Source of the DNA: Candidatus Altiarchaeota archaeon
GTDB lineage: Archaea; Altiarchaeota; Altiarchaeia; IMC4; SCGC-AAA252-I15
Assembly: GCA_043800705.1 (NCBI GenBank)
Contig: JAZDMS010000010.1
Coordinates: 96,001-160,000 of the forward strand
Reading direction: 5' to 3'
DNA length: 64,000 nt
A program made the translations under genes and the position numbers. Positions 46,414 through 55,010 of the stretch are shown piece after piece. Under the pieces are notes generated by a model that was given only the letters and a program-made list of their open reading frames with translations, did no database searches and was not told where the DNA came from. The first letter of the stretch is position 1. The number at the start of each line of letters is the position of its first letter.

Positions 46414-47175
46414 TCATAGCAGCCTCAATGCCCTTTGGAATACCGATAGGCCAATACGCGACGACACGAGAAGAAATATTCTATTCATGCCAGAGATATT
46501 TAAACACGTGTGATTTTCTATAATCCACCTGTCAAAGAAATTATTCATCGCAATCATGTGATCCCTTGAAAAACCAGTTTCGGCATAATTTCTGGGTTTA
46601 GAGACCACAACTTCGTTCACCTGCAAACCGTGCTTTCTGGCTTCGAGAATCATCTCCAAGTCGATTTCAAAACCCTCTTCTTTGAGCCTTACTTTACTGA
46701 GGTACTCTCTCGTCATGGCTCTGAAGCCGCAATTTGTGTCTGATAGCCGGTATCCTGTCGCGGCTTTCATGAAAAAACACGTGAAGTTATTCATTATTTC
46801 GCGGCTTTTAGACCTCGCCCACTTGTTTTTTTTGAACCGTGTACCGACTACTAAGTCCGCACTTCCATTTTTTAGTTCACTCAAGAACCGCGGGACATCT
46901 TTCGGATCATGTTCTTCATCCCCGTCCAATGTGACCACTAGCTCTGCGCCGTCTTGTAGCGCTTTCTCCAAACCTTTTCTAACGGAATAGCCCTTTCCCT
47001 TGTTTTCAGCGTTTAATAGGACGATTGCACCCCCTTTTCTGGCGTTTTCTGCCGTGTTATCGCATGAGCCGTCGTCTACGACTATAACCTCGTCAACATA
47101 GTTCTTAGTCTCCCTTGCGATGTTGAGGATGGTGTTTTCTTCATTGACAACGGGGATGACTGCAACAGTCTTCAT
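46414..47175 (-). CDS. Glycosyltransferase family 2 (DPM/DPG synthase-like)
   Basis: VIPVVNEE, VVDDGSCDNT, NKGKG, TLDGDEEHDP, DTNCGFRA. Confidence 0.9.
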   Translation of the reverse strand: MKTVAVIPVVNEENTILNIARETKNYVDEVIVVDDGSCDNTAENARKGGAIVLLNAENKGKGYSVRKGLEKALQDGAELVVTLDGDEEHDPKDVPRFLSELKNGSADLVVGTRFKKNKWARSKSREIMNNFTCFFMKAATGYRLSDTNCGFRAMTREYLSKVRLKEEGFEIDLEMILEARKHGLQVNEVVVSKPRNYAETGFSRDHMIAMNNFFDRWIIENHTCLNISGMNRIFLLVSSRIGLSVFQRALRLL

Positions 47176-47176
47176 C

Positions 47177-48565
47177 TTAGCTTTTTTGAAAAAACAACCT
47201 CCGCCATAAGTCAACGGTAGCCTTCGTGAAATCCACCAGCCTCTTCTTTGATTTAACGTGTTTGATCGACTTTACGATGATTGACGGACGCACGTAAAAT
47301 CGCCTGAACGCGGTATTATAGAGCAATTCAAGCTCCCCGGCGTTTATTTCAGTGAATTTTTCATTTAATTTTGTCTTGAACTTCCCATACTCCAGCACGT
47401 GCCGTAATGATATTTCCCCCTCTTTCTCGAGTTTGTCATAAATCTTGGTTCCTGGAAGGGGGATGAACACGTCGAATGAGGCATAGTCTGGGTCTAACTT
47501 AATGGCGAAGTCTATGGTGTTCTGGACGTCCTTGGCATTTTCCCCGGGATTCCCGATCATAAAGTGTGCGAGAGACTCTATGCCGAGTTTGTTGCATAAC
47601 CCGAATGTTTTTTCAATTCCTCGTATCGTGGTTTTCTTGCCAAGCATCTTGAGAGTCTTCTGGCTGCTTGATTCTACGCCGAATTTTATGAGATGGCATC
47701 CGGATTTTTTCATTAATGCAAGCGTTTTCTCGTCAAGAGTGTCAACGCGGGAATTGCACATCCATGAATAGTCCATCTTTTGGGCAATCATGCCTTTGCA
47801 TATCTCCTGCACGTACCCTCTGTCGAAAGTGATGTTCTCATCCCTGAAAAAGATTTCACGATACGTTCCCCTCAACGAATTAAGCTCTTTTATCACGTTC
47901 TCGACAGACCTTTTCCTGAATCTCCCCCCGTAGAATGCGGGGGAAGTGCAGAAGTCGCACGAAAACGAGCATCCGCGCGTGGCAATAAATGTCGTGAAGG
48001 GATTGTGTACGGCGAACGGGTTGGCGTATTTCCCCGCGAAGAGTTCTCTGGCCGGGAAGGGGAGTGAGTCCAAGTCTTCTACGTGCACTTTTTCCATGAT
48101 GTGCCCTCTCGTGCAGACTCCGGGGGCTTCAGAGGCATCTTGAGAGACCACCTGATCCAGCACGGCTTCAGCGTCCCCTCTTATCGCATAGTCGACTGTT
48201 TTTTCTGAAATAGTCTCCTTTGGAAGCACCGTTGGTTGCACTCCGCAGACTATCGTCTTCACATCAATCCGTTCCCTGATTTTTTTCAGGAAGTCCACGT
48301 CGTCTAAAAAAGAGGTTGTCGCTGATTCAATGACCAGATAATCCGGATCTAACAGAACTACCCTTTCTACGGCTTCCTTGAAGGATAATGAACTGGCTTG
48401 ACAATCCAGAATTTTCACGTGATTGCGCGGCATCAGGACGGCGGCATAATACGCCAGATTGAGCGGCGGCCAAAGGTACTGGACTTTCCTCTCATGCCAG
48501 CAGCCGTAGGATACGTCCCGTATGGTGTTACCCGGCGGGACAACCAAGCAGACGTCCATATGCAT
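47177..48565 (-). CDS. B12-binding (class B-like) radical SAM protein
   Basis: WPPLNLAY, TRGCSFSCDFC, FGVES, MIGNPGE. Confidence 0.9.
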   Translation of the reverse strand: MHMDVCLVVPPGNTIRDVSYGCWHERKVQYLWPPLNLAYYAAVLMPRNHVKILDCQASSLSFKEAVERVVLLDPDYLVIESATTSFLDDVDFLKKIRERIDVKTIVCGVQPTVLPKETISEKTVDYAIRGDAEAVLDQVVSQDASEAPGVCTRGHIMEKVHVEDLDSLPFPARELFAGKYANPFAVHNPFTTFIATRGCSFSCDFCTSPAFYGGRFRKRSVENVIKELNSLRGTYREIFFRDENITFDRGYVQEICKGMIAQKMDYSWMCNSRVDTLDEKTLALMKKSGCHLIKFGVESSSQKTLKMLGKKTTIRGIEKTFGLCNKLGIESLAHFMIGNPGENAKDVQNTIDFAIKLDPDYASFDVFIPLPGTKIYDKLEKEGEISLRHVLEYGKFKTKLNEKFTEINAGELELLYNTAFRRFYVRPSIIVKSIKHVKSKKRLVDFTKATVDLWRRLFFQKS

Positions 48566-48624
48566 GAAGATATGGCGTCATTAATAATAAAAGAAAATCA
48601 CTTAATCTACATAGTGGAACTAGG

Positions 48625-49989
48625 ATGAACGTCTTGCTTTTGAATTTGCCGTATCAGGATAAGTATATGATTGAGGGCAGGTGCCAGCAGAAGGCGTCAA
48701 CGTATTCGGATAGTCTGCTGCCGCCGATAACCCTCGCATACATTGCTTCGTTGCTTGACGGAAAAGCCGACGTTTCTGTGATAGATTGCATCGCGGAGTC
48801 GATGAATCTAGAGGGGCTTAAGAACGAGATTTTGAATCTCAAGCCAGATTACCTGATTGCCAACGTTACTACTCCGACAATCGAATTCGACTTGGATTCA
48901 CTGAGCGAGATTAAGGGGGTTTTTCCCCGTGTGAAAACCGCCGTCATGGGGATTCACGCAACCTATTTCGCGGAAGAGCTTGCCGCACACCCTGCGATAG
49001 ACTATGTGATACGCGGTGAGCCGGATTTGACGGCATATGAACTGCCTTTGAAAGACCCGCATGAGGTAAAAGGTCTGGTTTTCAAGGAGGGGGGCAGGAT
49101 TATCGAGACTGAAAAGAGGCCTTACCTTGACGTCGGCGAGCTCCCGCACCCTGCCTGGGATAAACTGAAGCTTTCTGCATACAGGCTTCCCATCAAAAAC
49201 AAAAAATACGTGATTGTGATGCCTGGAAGAGGGTGCCCTTATAACTGCTCCTTCTGTGTTGCGCCATATTATTACGGCCAAAAGATGAGAACGCGAAGTG
49301 CCGACTCAGTAATCGGGGAAGTAGAGCATGTGCGCGAAAAATACGGCATAGACGAGTTCTTTTTCTTTGTCGAGACTTTCACGCTAAACAAGGGATTCAT
49401 CATTGAGTTGTGTGATAAACTCGTCGAGAGAAAAATTAAGATATCATGGATGTGCAACAGCCGCGTGGATAAGCTGGACCAGGAAATGCTCCAGAAAATG
49501 AAAGCATCAGGGTGCTGGTTGATGTCATTCGGGATTGAGAGCGCCAACCAGGGGATACTTGATCGGGCAGGGAAGGGCATCACTCCCGAAAAATCAAGGC
49601 AGACCATCCGGCTCGCGAATAGGCTCGGAATTGCGACGTTGGGCCACTTCGTTCTGGGTCTTCCAGGAGAGACGGAAGAGACCATTAAAAAAACCATCGA
49701 GTTCTCGAAAACACTTGAATTGGATTTCGCAGAGTACTACATCGCGGTCCCCTATCCTGGAAGCAGGTTATACGAGGAGTACAAGGGCGCGATAAACGCA
49801 TCTTGGGCCCAATTCGATTACACGAAGAACATCCTCCCTTCGAACCTTGATTTAGAGTGCTATAAAAAGAAGGCGTACAAAAACTTTTACTTAAGGCCCG
49901 TACACATGCTGAAAGTCATTAAAAAACTCGGTTTGCGAAAAAGCGCCCCAAACATGCTCCAAGGAATGAACTTCCTCAAAAGCTGGTAG
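48625..49989 (+). CDS. B12-binding (class B-like) radical SAM protein
   Basis: PPITLAY, GIHAT, GRGCPYNCSFC, FGIES, LGLPGET. Confidence 0.9.
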   Translation: MNVLLLNLPYQDKYMIEGRCQQKASTYSDSLLPPITLAYIASLLDGKADVSVIDCIAESMNLEGLKNEILNLKPDYLIANVTTPTIEFDLDSLSEIKGVFPRVKTAVMGIHATYFAEELAAHPAIDYVIRGEPDLTAYELPLKDPHEVKGLVFKEGGRIIETEKRPYLDVGELPHPAWDKLKLSAYRLPIKNKKYVIVMPGRGCPYNCSFCVAPYYYGQKMRTRSADSVIGEVEHVREKYGIDEFFFFVETFTLNKGFIIELCDKLVERKIKISWMCNSRVDKLDQEMLQKMKASGCWLMSFGIESANQGILDRAGKGITPEKSRQTIRLANRLGIATLGHFVLGLPGETEETIKKTIEFSKTLELDFAEYYIAVPYPGSRLYEEYKGAINASWAQFDYTKNILPSNLDLECYKKKAYKNFYLRPVHMLKVIKKLGLRKSAPNMLQGMNFLKSW

Positions 49990-50006
49990 CATACTCTCAT
50001 AGGCCC

Positions 50007-51734
50007 TTATTTGCAGTCTCCGAATATGCACCTGTTCGTGTACTTGGTGTGCAGCAGCTTGTGGGCGCGCTCTGATCCGAATTCGCCGAGGTAATCCTTG
50101 TAAAGCTGCAGCACTGCGGGGTTCTGGTGGCTCTTTCGGAGCATCTTCCCCTTGTCCTCTATGTTCAGGGCCTCGGCCCTTTTCGCGAGTATCTCCTTCC
50201 TGTGGGGCGTCGGCTGGCCGCCTCCCCCGACGCATCCGCCGTAGCAGGCCATGATCTCGATGAAGTGGTAGGGGCTTTTGCCGTCCTTTATCTGGTCCAT
50301 GAGCTTCCTCGCCTCCCCAAGGGTGTGGACGACGCAGATCCGCACCTCCTTGCCTGCGAGGTTCAAGGTCGCCTCCTTCATCGTCTCCATGCCGCGGACA
50401 GGCAGGTATTCGACATTGGAGAGGTCCTCCCCGGTCACCATGTCGGCGACGGTCCTGAGCGCGGCCTCCATGACGCCTCCTGAGCGGCCGAATATGTCGC
50501 CCGCCCCGGTCGCGATGCCCATGGGGTTGTCGAACTTGGACGGCTCCAGGTTGAGGAAGTCTATGCTGTACTGCTTGATGAGCTTCGCAAGCTCGACCGT
50601 CGTCAGCACATAGTCCGCCTCTCCCGCGAACTCGGGCCTCTGTATCTCGAACTTCTTCGCGGTGCACGGCATGATGTCTATGAGGACGATGTCCTTCGGG
50701 TCCTTCCCTATCTTCTCCGCGTAGTAGGTCTTGATGAGCGACGCCATGATGGCCTGCGGGCTGCGGCAGCTTGACATGTGGTTGAGCTGGTGGTAGAAGA
50801 ACTGCTCCGCGAACTTGATCCATGCGGGGCAGCATGTGGTTATCATCGGCAGGTCGCGGTTCTCCCTGAACCTCTTCACGAACTCCGTCGCCTCCTCGAC
50901 GATGGTTATGTCCGCCGCCATGTTGGTGTCGAATACCTTGTGGAAGCCGATCTCCCGCAATGCGGCCACCATCTGGCCGGTGACCGGGGTCCCGGGAGGC
51001 AGGCCGAACAGCTCCCCCAATGCGGCCCTTATGGACGGCGCCGTCTGGACTATGAGGTATTTGTCGGAGTTGAGGGCGTCCATGACCTCGTTGATGCTGC
51101 TTCGCTCCGTCAGGGCGCCTGTCGGGCATGCGACGACGCATTGGCCGCAGTTGACGCAGGAGCTTTCGGCCATGTTCATTTCGAGGGCGGGGCTGACTTT
51201 GGTGTCGAATCCGCGGTTTCTGAGGCCTATCGCGTAGACGGTCTGGATCTTGTTGCAGACCTGGACGCACTGCTCGCAGAGGATGCAGCGGTTGTTGTTC
51301 CTGACGATGGAGACGCTGGAGAGGTCCACTTCGCTGTCGCGCTTCTTGCCTGCGAACGGCGTGTCGGTGATCATGAGGTCGTGGCAGTACTGCTGCAGGC
51401 GGCATGTGAGGTTCCTCGGGCATACTACGCAGTTGAGGTCGTGGTTGGCAAGGAGCAGCTCGAGGTTCATCCTCCTGGCCTCGAGGACCCTCGGCGTGTG
51501 GGTCTTGACCTTCATGCCCTCTGCGACGGGCGTGCAGCATGAGGCTATGAGCCTGGGGGCTCCTTCGACCTCGACTATGCACATCCTGCATGCGCCGATG
51601 CGGTCGAGGCGGCGGTTCCAGCAGAAGTGGGGTATGTCTATCTTGTTCCTCCTGGCGACGTCGATGAGCATCTCCCCCTCTTGGGCCTCGACAGTCTGAC
51701 CGTTCAGGGTTATCTTCACGGTCCTATTTTCCAC
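50007..51734 (-). CDS. hydA: [FeFe]-hydrogenase catalytic subunit (group A, multimeric type)
   Basis: H-cluster motifs L1 TTCCPAW, L2 MPCTAKKFE, L3 EIMACYGGCVGGGGQP; N-terminal 2Fe-2S, HxxxCxxC and 2x[4Fe-4S] motifs; C-terminal AHKLLHT. Confidence 0.97.
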   Translation of the reverse strand: MENRTVKITLNGQTVEAQEGEMLIDVARRNKIDIPHFCWNRRLDRIGACRMCIVEVEGAPRLIASCCTPVAEGMKVKTHTPRVLEARRMNLELLLANHDLNCVVCPRNLTCRLQQYCHDLMITDTPFAGKKRDSEVDLSSVSIVRNNNRCILCEQCVQVCNKIQTVYAIGLRNRGFDTKVSPALEMNMAESSCVNCGQCVVACPTGALTERSSINEVMDALNSDKYLIVQTAPSIRAALGELFGLPPGTPVTGQMVAALREIGFHKVFDTNMAADITIVEEATEFVKRFRENRDLPMITTCCPAWIKFAEQFFYHQLNHMSSCRSPQAIMASLIKTYYAEKIGKDPKDIVLIDIMPCTAKKFEIQRPEFAGEADYVLTTVELAKLIKQYSIDFLNLEPSKFDNPMGIATGAGDIFGRSGGVMEAALRTVADMVTGEDLSNVEYLPVRGMETMKEATLNLAGKEVRICVVHTLGEARKLMDQIKDGKSPYHFIEIMACYGGCVGGGGQPTPHRKEILAKRAEALNIEDKGKMLRKSHQNPAVLQLYKDYLGEFGSERAHKLLHTKYTNRCIFGDCK

Positions 51735-53367
51735 TTTTACCCCCCGGTTTAAGGTTTTTGCAGACCCCCGTGCGGCAGGTCTTCTTGACGACGTGTTCGG
51801 CGTATTCCTCCATGAAGTAGTTCATGGTCGACAGTATCGGGTTCGGCGCAGTCTGGCCGAGGCCGCAGAGCGAGCAGTCCTTTACGAATATCGCGAGCTT
51901 CTTGATGGATCCGAGGTCCTTCGGAGTGGATGTGCCGCCCGTTATCTTCTCCATGTATTCGAGGAGGCGGGCGTTGCCTTCCCTGCACGGCGTGCATTTG
52001 CCGCAGGACTCCTCCTTGATGAAGTTCATATAGTATCTTGCTATCTCGACCATGCAGTCCTCGTCGTTGAGGACTATCATCCCCCCGGAGCCGATGATGG
52101 CTCCGAGCTTCGTGACGGTCTCGTAGTCGAGGGGCGTGTCCATGAGGTTCGCGGGTATGCAGCCGCCGGATGGTCCGCCCATCTGCACCGCCTTGAATTC
52201 CGTGCCTTCCAGGGCGCCTCCGCCTATGTCGAACACGATATCCCTCAGCGTCGTCCCGAACGGGACTTCGACGACACCCGCCCTCCTGATCTTGCCGACG
52301 AGGCAGATGGCCTTCGTGCCCTTCGTGTTCTCCGTCCCGACCTTCGAATATTCTTCGGAGCCGATCCTGAAAAGGGTTGCGACGTTCCCTAGGGTGTCGA
52401 CGTTGTTGATGTTCGTCGGCTTCCCCCAAAGGCCGCGCTCGCCCGGGAAAGGAGGCCTCGGCATCGGGTAGCCCCTGTTGCCCATTATCGAGTTCATGAG
52501 GGCGGTCTCCTCGCCGCATACGAACGCGCCGGCCCCCTTCTTGAGCGATATCTCCAGGTTGAATCCCTGCCTGTCGAGTATGTTCTGCCCCAGGAGGCCC
52601 CGGTCCTTGAGGATCTGTATGGCTTGGTTGATCGTCTTGATGGCAAGGGGGTACTCCTCCCTCGTGTAGACGAACGCCTCGTCGGAGCCTATGGCGTACG
52701 CGGCTATCATCATGCCCTCGAGGACCCTGAACGGGTCGCTCTCAAGGAGGGTGCGGTTCATGAACGCGCCGGGGTCGCCCTCGTCGCCGTTGCAGACGAG
52801 GTACTTCTTCCCCTCCCTCTTCGAGATGATGTCCCACTTCTTCCCTGCAGGGAAGCCTGCGCCTCCGCGGCCCCTCACCTTCGAGTCCAGGACGTATTTG
52901 ATCACCTGCGCAGGCTCCATCGACAGGGCGCGGTCGAGGCCCTTGAACCCCCCTGAGGCGACGTACTGTTCCAGGCTCAGAGTATCGATTATCCCGCAGC
53001 TTTCCATCACCAGCCTCTTCTGCTTCTTGTAGTAGTCTATGTCCAGGAGGCTGTGGCCGACGAGGCAGCTGTCGTAGGTTCCGCCATACTTTATGGATGA
53101 TATGAGCTCGTCGACGTTATCCTTTACTATGTGGGCGTATATCGAGTTTGTTCCGTTCTGTTTCACGTTGACTATCGGCTCGTTATAGCACATCCCGGAG
53201 CAGCCTACGGGGTCCACGGGGATGCCGAGGTCCGAGTGCCTGAGCTTCTCCAGGACCGGCATCGCGCCCGCAGATATGCCGCATGTTGCGACCCCGACGG
53301 TAATCCTGTCCCCGGCCAGGTGCTTCTCTGCCTTCTCAGGGTCTATGATATCTGTTATCGTCTTCAT
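51724..53367 (-). CDS. hydB: Hydrogenase flavin (NuoF-like) subunit
   Basis: GRGGAGFP, CNGDEGDPGAFMNR, GAFVCGEETAL, GGPSGGC, ESCGKCTPCREG. Confidence 0.95.
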   Translation of the reverse strand: MKTITDIIDPEKAEKHLAGDRITVGVATCGISAGAMPVLEKLRHSDLGIPVDPVGCSGMCYNEPIVNVKQNGTNSIYAHIVKDNVDELISSIKYGGTYDSCLVGHSLLDIDYYKKQKRLVMESCGIIDTLSLEQYVASGGFKGLDRALSMEPAQVIKYVLDSKVRGRGGAGFPAGKKWDIISKREGKKYLVCNGDEGDPGAFMNRTLLESDPFRVLEGMMIAAYAIGSDEAFVYTREEYPLAIKTINQAIQILKDRGLLGQNILDRQGFNLEISLKKGAGAFVCGEETALMNSIMGNRGYPMPRPPFPGERGLWGKPTNINNVDTLGNVATLFRIGSEEYSKVGTENTKGTKAICLVGKIRRAGVVEVPFGTTLRDIVFDIGGGALEGTEFKAVQMGGPSGGCIPANLMDTPLDYETVTKLGAIIGSGGMIVLNDEDCMVEIARYYMNFIKEESCGKCTPCREGNARLLEYMEKITGGTSTPKDLGSIKKLAIFVKDCSLCGLGQTAPNPILSTMNYFMEEYAEHVVKKTCRTGVCKNLKPGGKSGK

Positions 53368-53807
53368 TTATACCCCGCCAAGACCTTGTCGACCTTCTCC
53401 TTGGTCAGCTGTCCGAAGACTTCCTCGTCTATCATCATGCTCGGCGCGTATGCGCAGGCTCCGAGGCAGTTGACGGATTCGAGCGTGAATAGGCCGTCCT
53501 TGGTCGTCTCCTTATCCTTTACGCCGAGCTTCTCCGAGACGTATTCATGGATGAGGTCGGAGCGCCTCACATGGCATGCCGTCCCCGAACAGACTTTGAT
53601 GACGTGCTTCCCCGACGGGATCAGCTTGAAGGCCGCGTAGAAGGTGACGACTCCGTAGATGTCGACTATCGGGATCTTGAGCCTCTGCTCTATCCTTCGC
53701 ATGTTCTCCTCGGAGACGTAGCCGAAAGTCTCCTGGATATCCTCCAAGACGGCGATGAGGTCGGAACGGCCCGAATACTTGGCGAGGATGTCGTCCACGG
53801 AAGCCAT
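53364..53807 (-). CDS. hydC: Hydrogenase 2Fe-2S (NuoE-like) subunit
   Basis: YGVVTFY, VCSGTACH, VNCLGACAYAP. Confidence 0.95.
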   Translation of the reverse strand: MASVDDILAKYSGRSDLIAVLEDIQETFGYVSEENMRRIEQRLKIPIVDIYGVVTFYAAFKLIPSGKHVIKVCSGTACHVRRSDLIHEYVSEKLGVKDKETTKDGLFTLESVNCLGACAYAPSMMIDEEVFGQLTKEKVDKVLAGYK

Positions 53808-53887
53808 GCTTAACCAATTGCGATTGCTAATAAAAATACGCCTACTTGGAGACCCGCTTATAATCTGATTCGCATAATAAGGTTCCG

Positions 53888-54973
53888 ATGCAGCTGAAGA
53901 AAACGCCGCTTTGCGGTACTCACGAAAAACTCGGCGCCAGGATGGTGGACTTCGGAGGATGGTACATGCCGGTCCAGTACTCCGGCGTGGTCGAAGAGCA
54001 TAACGCCGTCCGCAACGAAGCAGGCCTTTTCGATGTCAGCCACATGGGCGAATTCGACGTCCAAGGGGCGAAGGGCGAGGCGTTCCTGAACAGGCTCGTC
54101 GCGAACGACGTCTCGAAGATGGCAGACGGCATGTGCCTCTACACCCCGATGTGCTACGAGAACGGCACCATAGTCGACGACCTCATCATCTACAGATACG
54201 ACGGGGAACACTACCTGCTTGTGGTCAACGCTGGCAACATCCAGAAGGACTGGGACTGGGTCAACAAGAACAACAAGGAGGGCGTCATGCTCCGAAACGA
54301 CAGCGACAAGACCGCGGAAGTCGCGATACAGGGGCCAAAGGCCGTTGGAATACTGCAGATGCTCTCCGACTACGACCTGTCGACGCTGAAGAAGTTCAGG
54401 TTCGCCAAGATGAAGGTCGCGGGGATCGGTGCCCTCGTCTCGAGAACGGGATACACCGGAGAGGACGGCTTCGAAATCTACGTCGACAGCGGTAAGGCGG
54501 TCAAATTGTGGGACGCGCTCATGGAGGCGGGGGAAGGTGTCCTGAAGCCAGCTGGCCTCGGTGCAAGGGATACGCTCCGCCTTGAGTCCGCGATGATGCT
54601 CTACGGCAACGACATCGACAATACGACCACCCCCATAGAGGCCGGCATAGGATGGACTGTGAAGCCCGAAAAGGGGGAATTCATCGGGAAGGCCGTCGTC
54701 GGCAAACAGAAGGCGGAAGGCACTAAGAGGCGGCTAGTCGGGTTCAAGATGGTCGGGCCAGGCATAGGGCGCCACGGCTACGAAGTCCAGATAGGCGGGA
54801 AAACCTCTGGAAAGGTCACATCCGGAACATACAGCCCGACGCTGAAGACGGCGATTGGGCTCGCATACCTGCCGGTAGAGAACTCGACAATAGGCTCGGA
54901 GTTCGACGTGATGATCAGGGACAAACCGGTGAAGACGGTCGTCGTGGAGACGCCGTTCATAAAGAAGAAATAA
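53888..54973 (+). CDS. gcvT: Glycine cleavage system T protein (aminomethyltransferase)
   Basis: DFGGWYMPVQY, FDVSHMGE, SRTGYTGEDGFE, GLGARDTLRLE. Confidence 0.97.
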   Translation: MQLKKTPLCGTHEKLGARMVDFGGWYMPVQYSGVVEEHNAVRNEAGLFDVSHMGEFDVQGAKGEAFLNRLVANDVSKMADGMCLYTPMCYENGTIVDDLIIYRYDGEHYLLVVNAGNIQKDWDWVNKNNKEGVMLRNDSDKTAEVAIQGPKAVGILQMLSDYDLSTLKKFRFAKMKVAGIGALVSRTGYTGEDGFEIYVDSGKAVKLWDALMEAGEGVLKPAGLGARDTLRLESAMMLYGNDIDNTTTPIEAGIGWTVKPEKGEFIGKAVVGKQKAEGTKRRLVGFKMVGPGIGRHGYEVQIGGKTSGKVTSGTYSPTLKTAIGLAYLPVENSTIGSEFDVMIRDKPVKTVVVETPFIKKK

Positions 54974-55010
54974 AGCCGTTATTTAATTCTGCCGGTTGCG
55001 ATATTTAACC

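Noticed and set aside
46269-46523. 84-aa plus-strand ORF
   Set aside because: Overlaps the GT2 3' end antisense and has no recognisable motif
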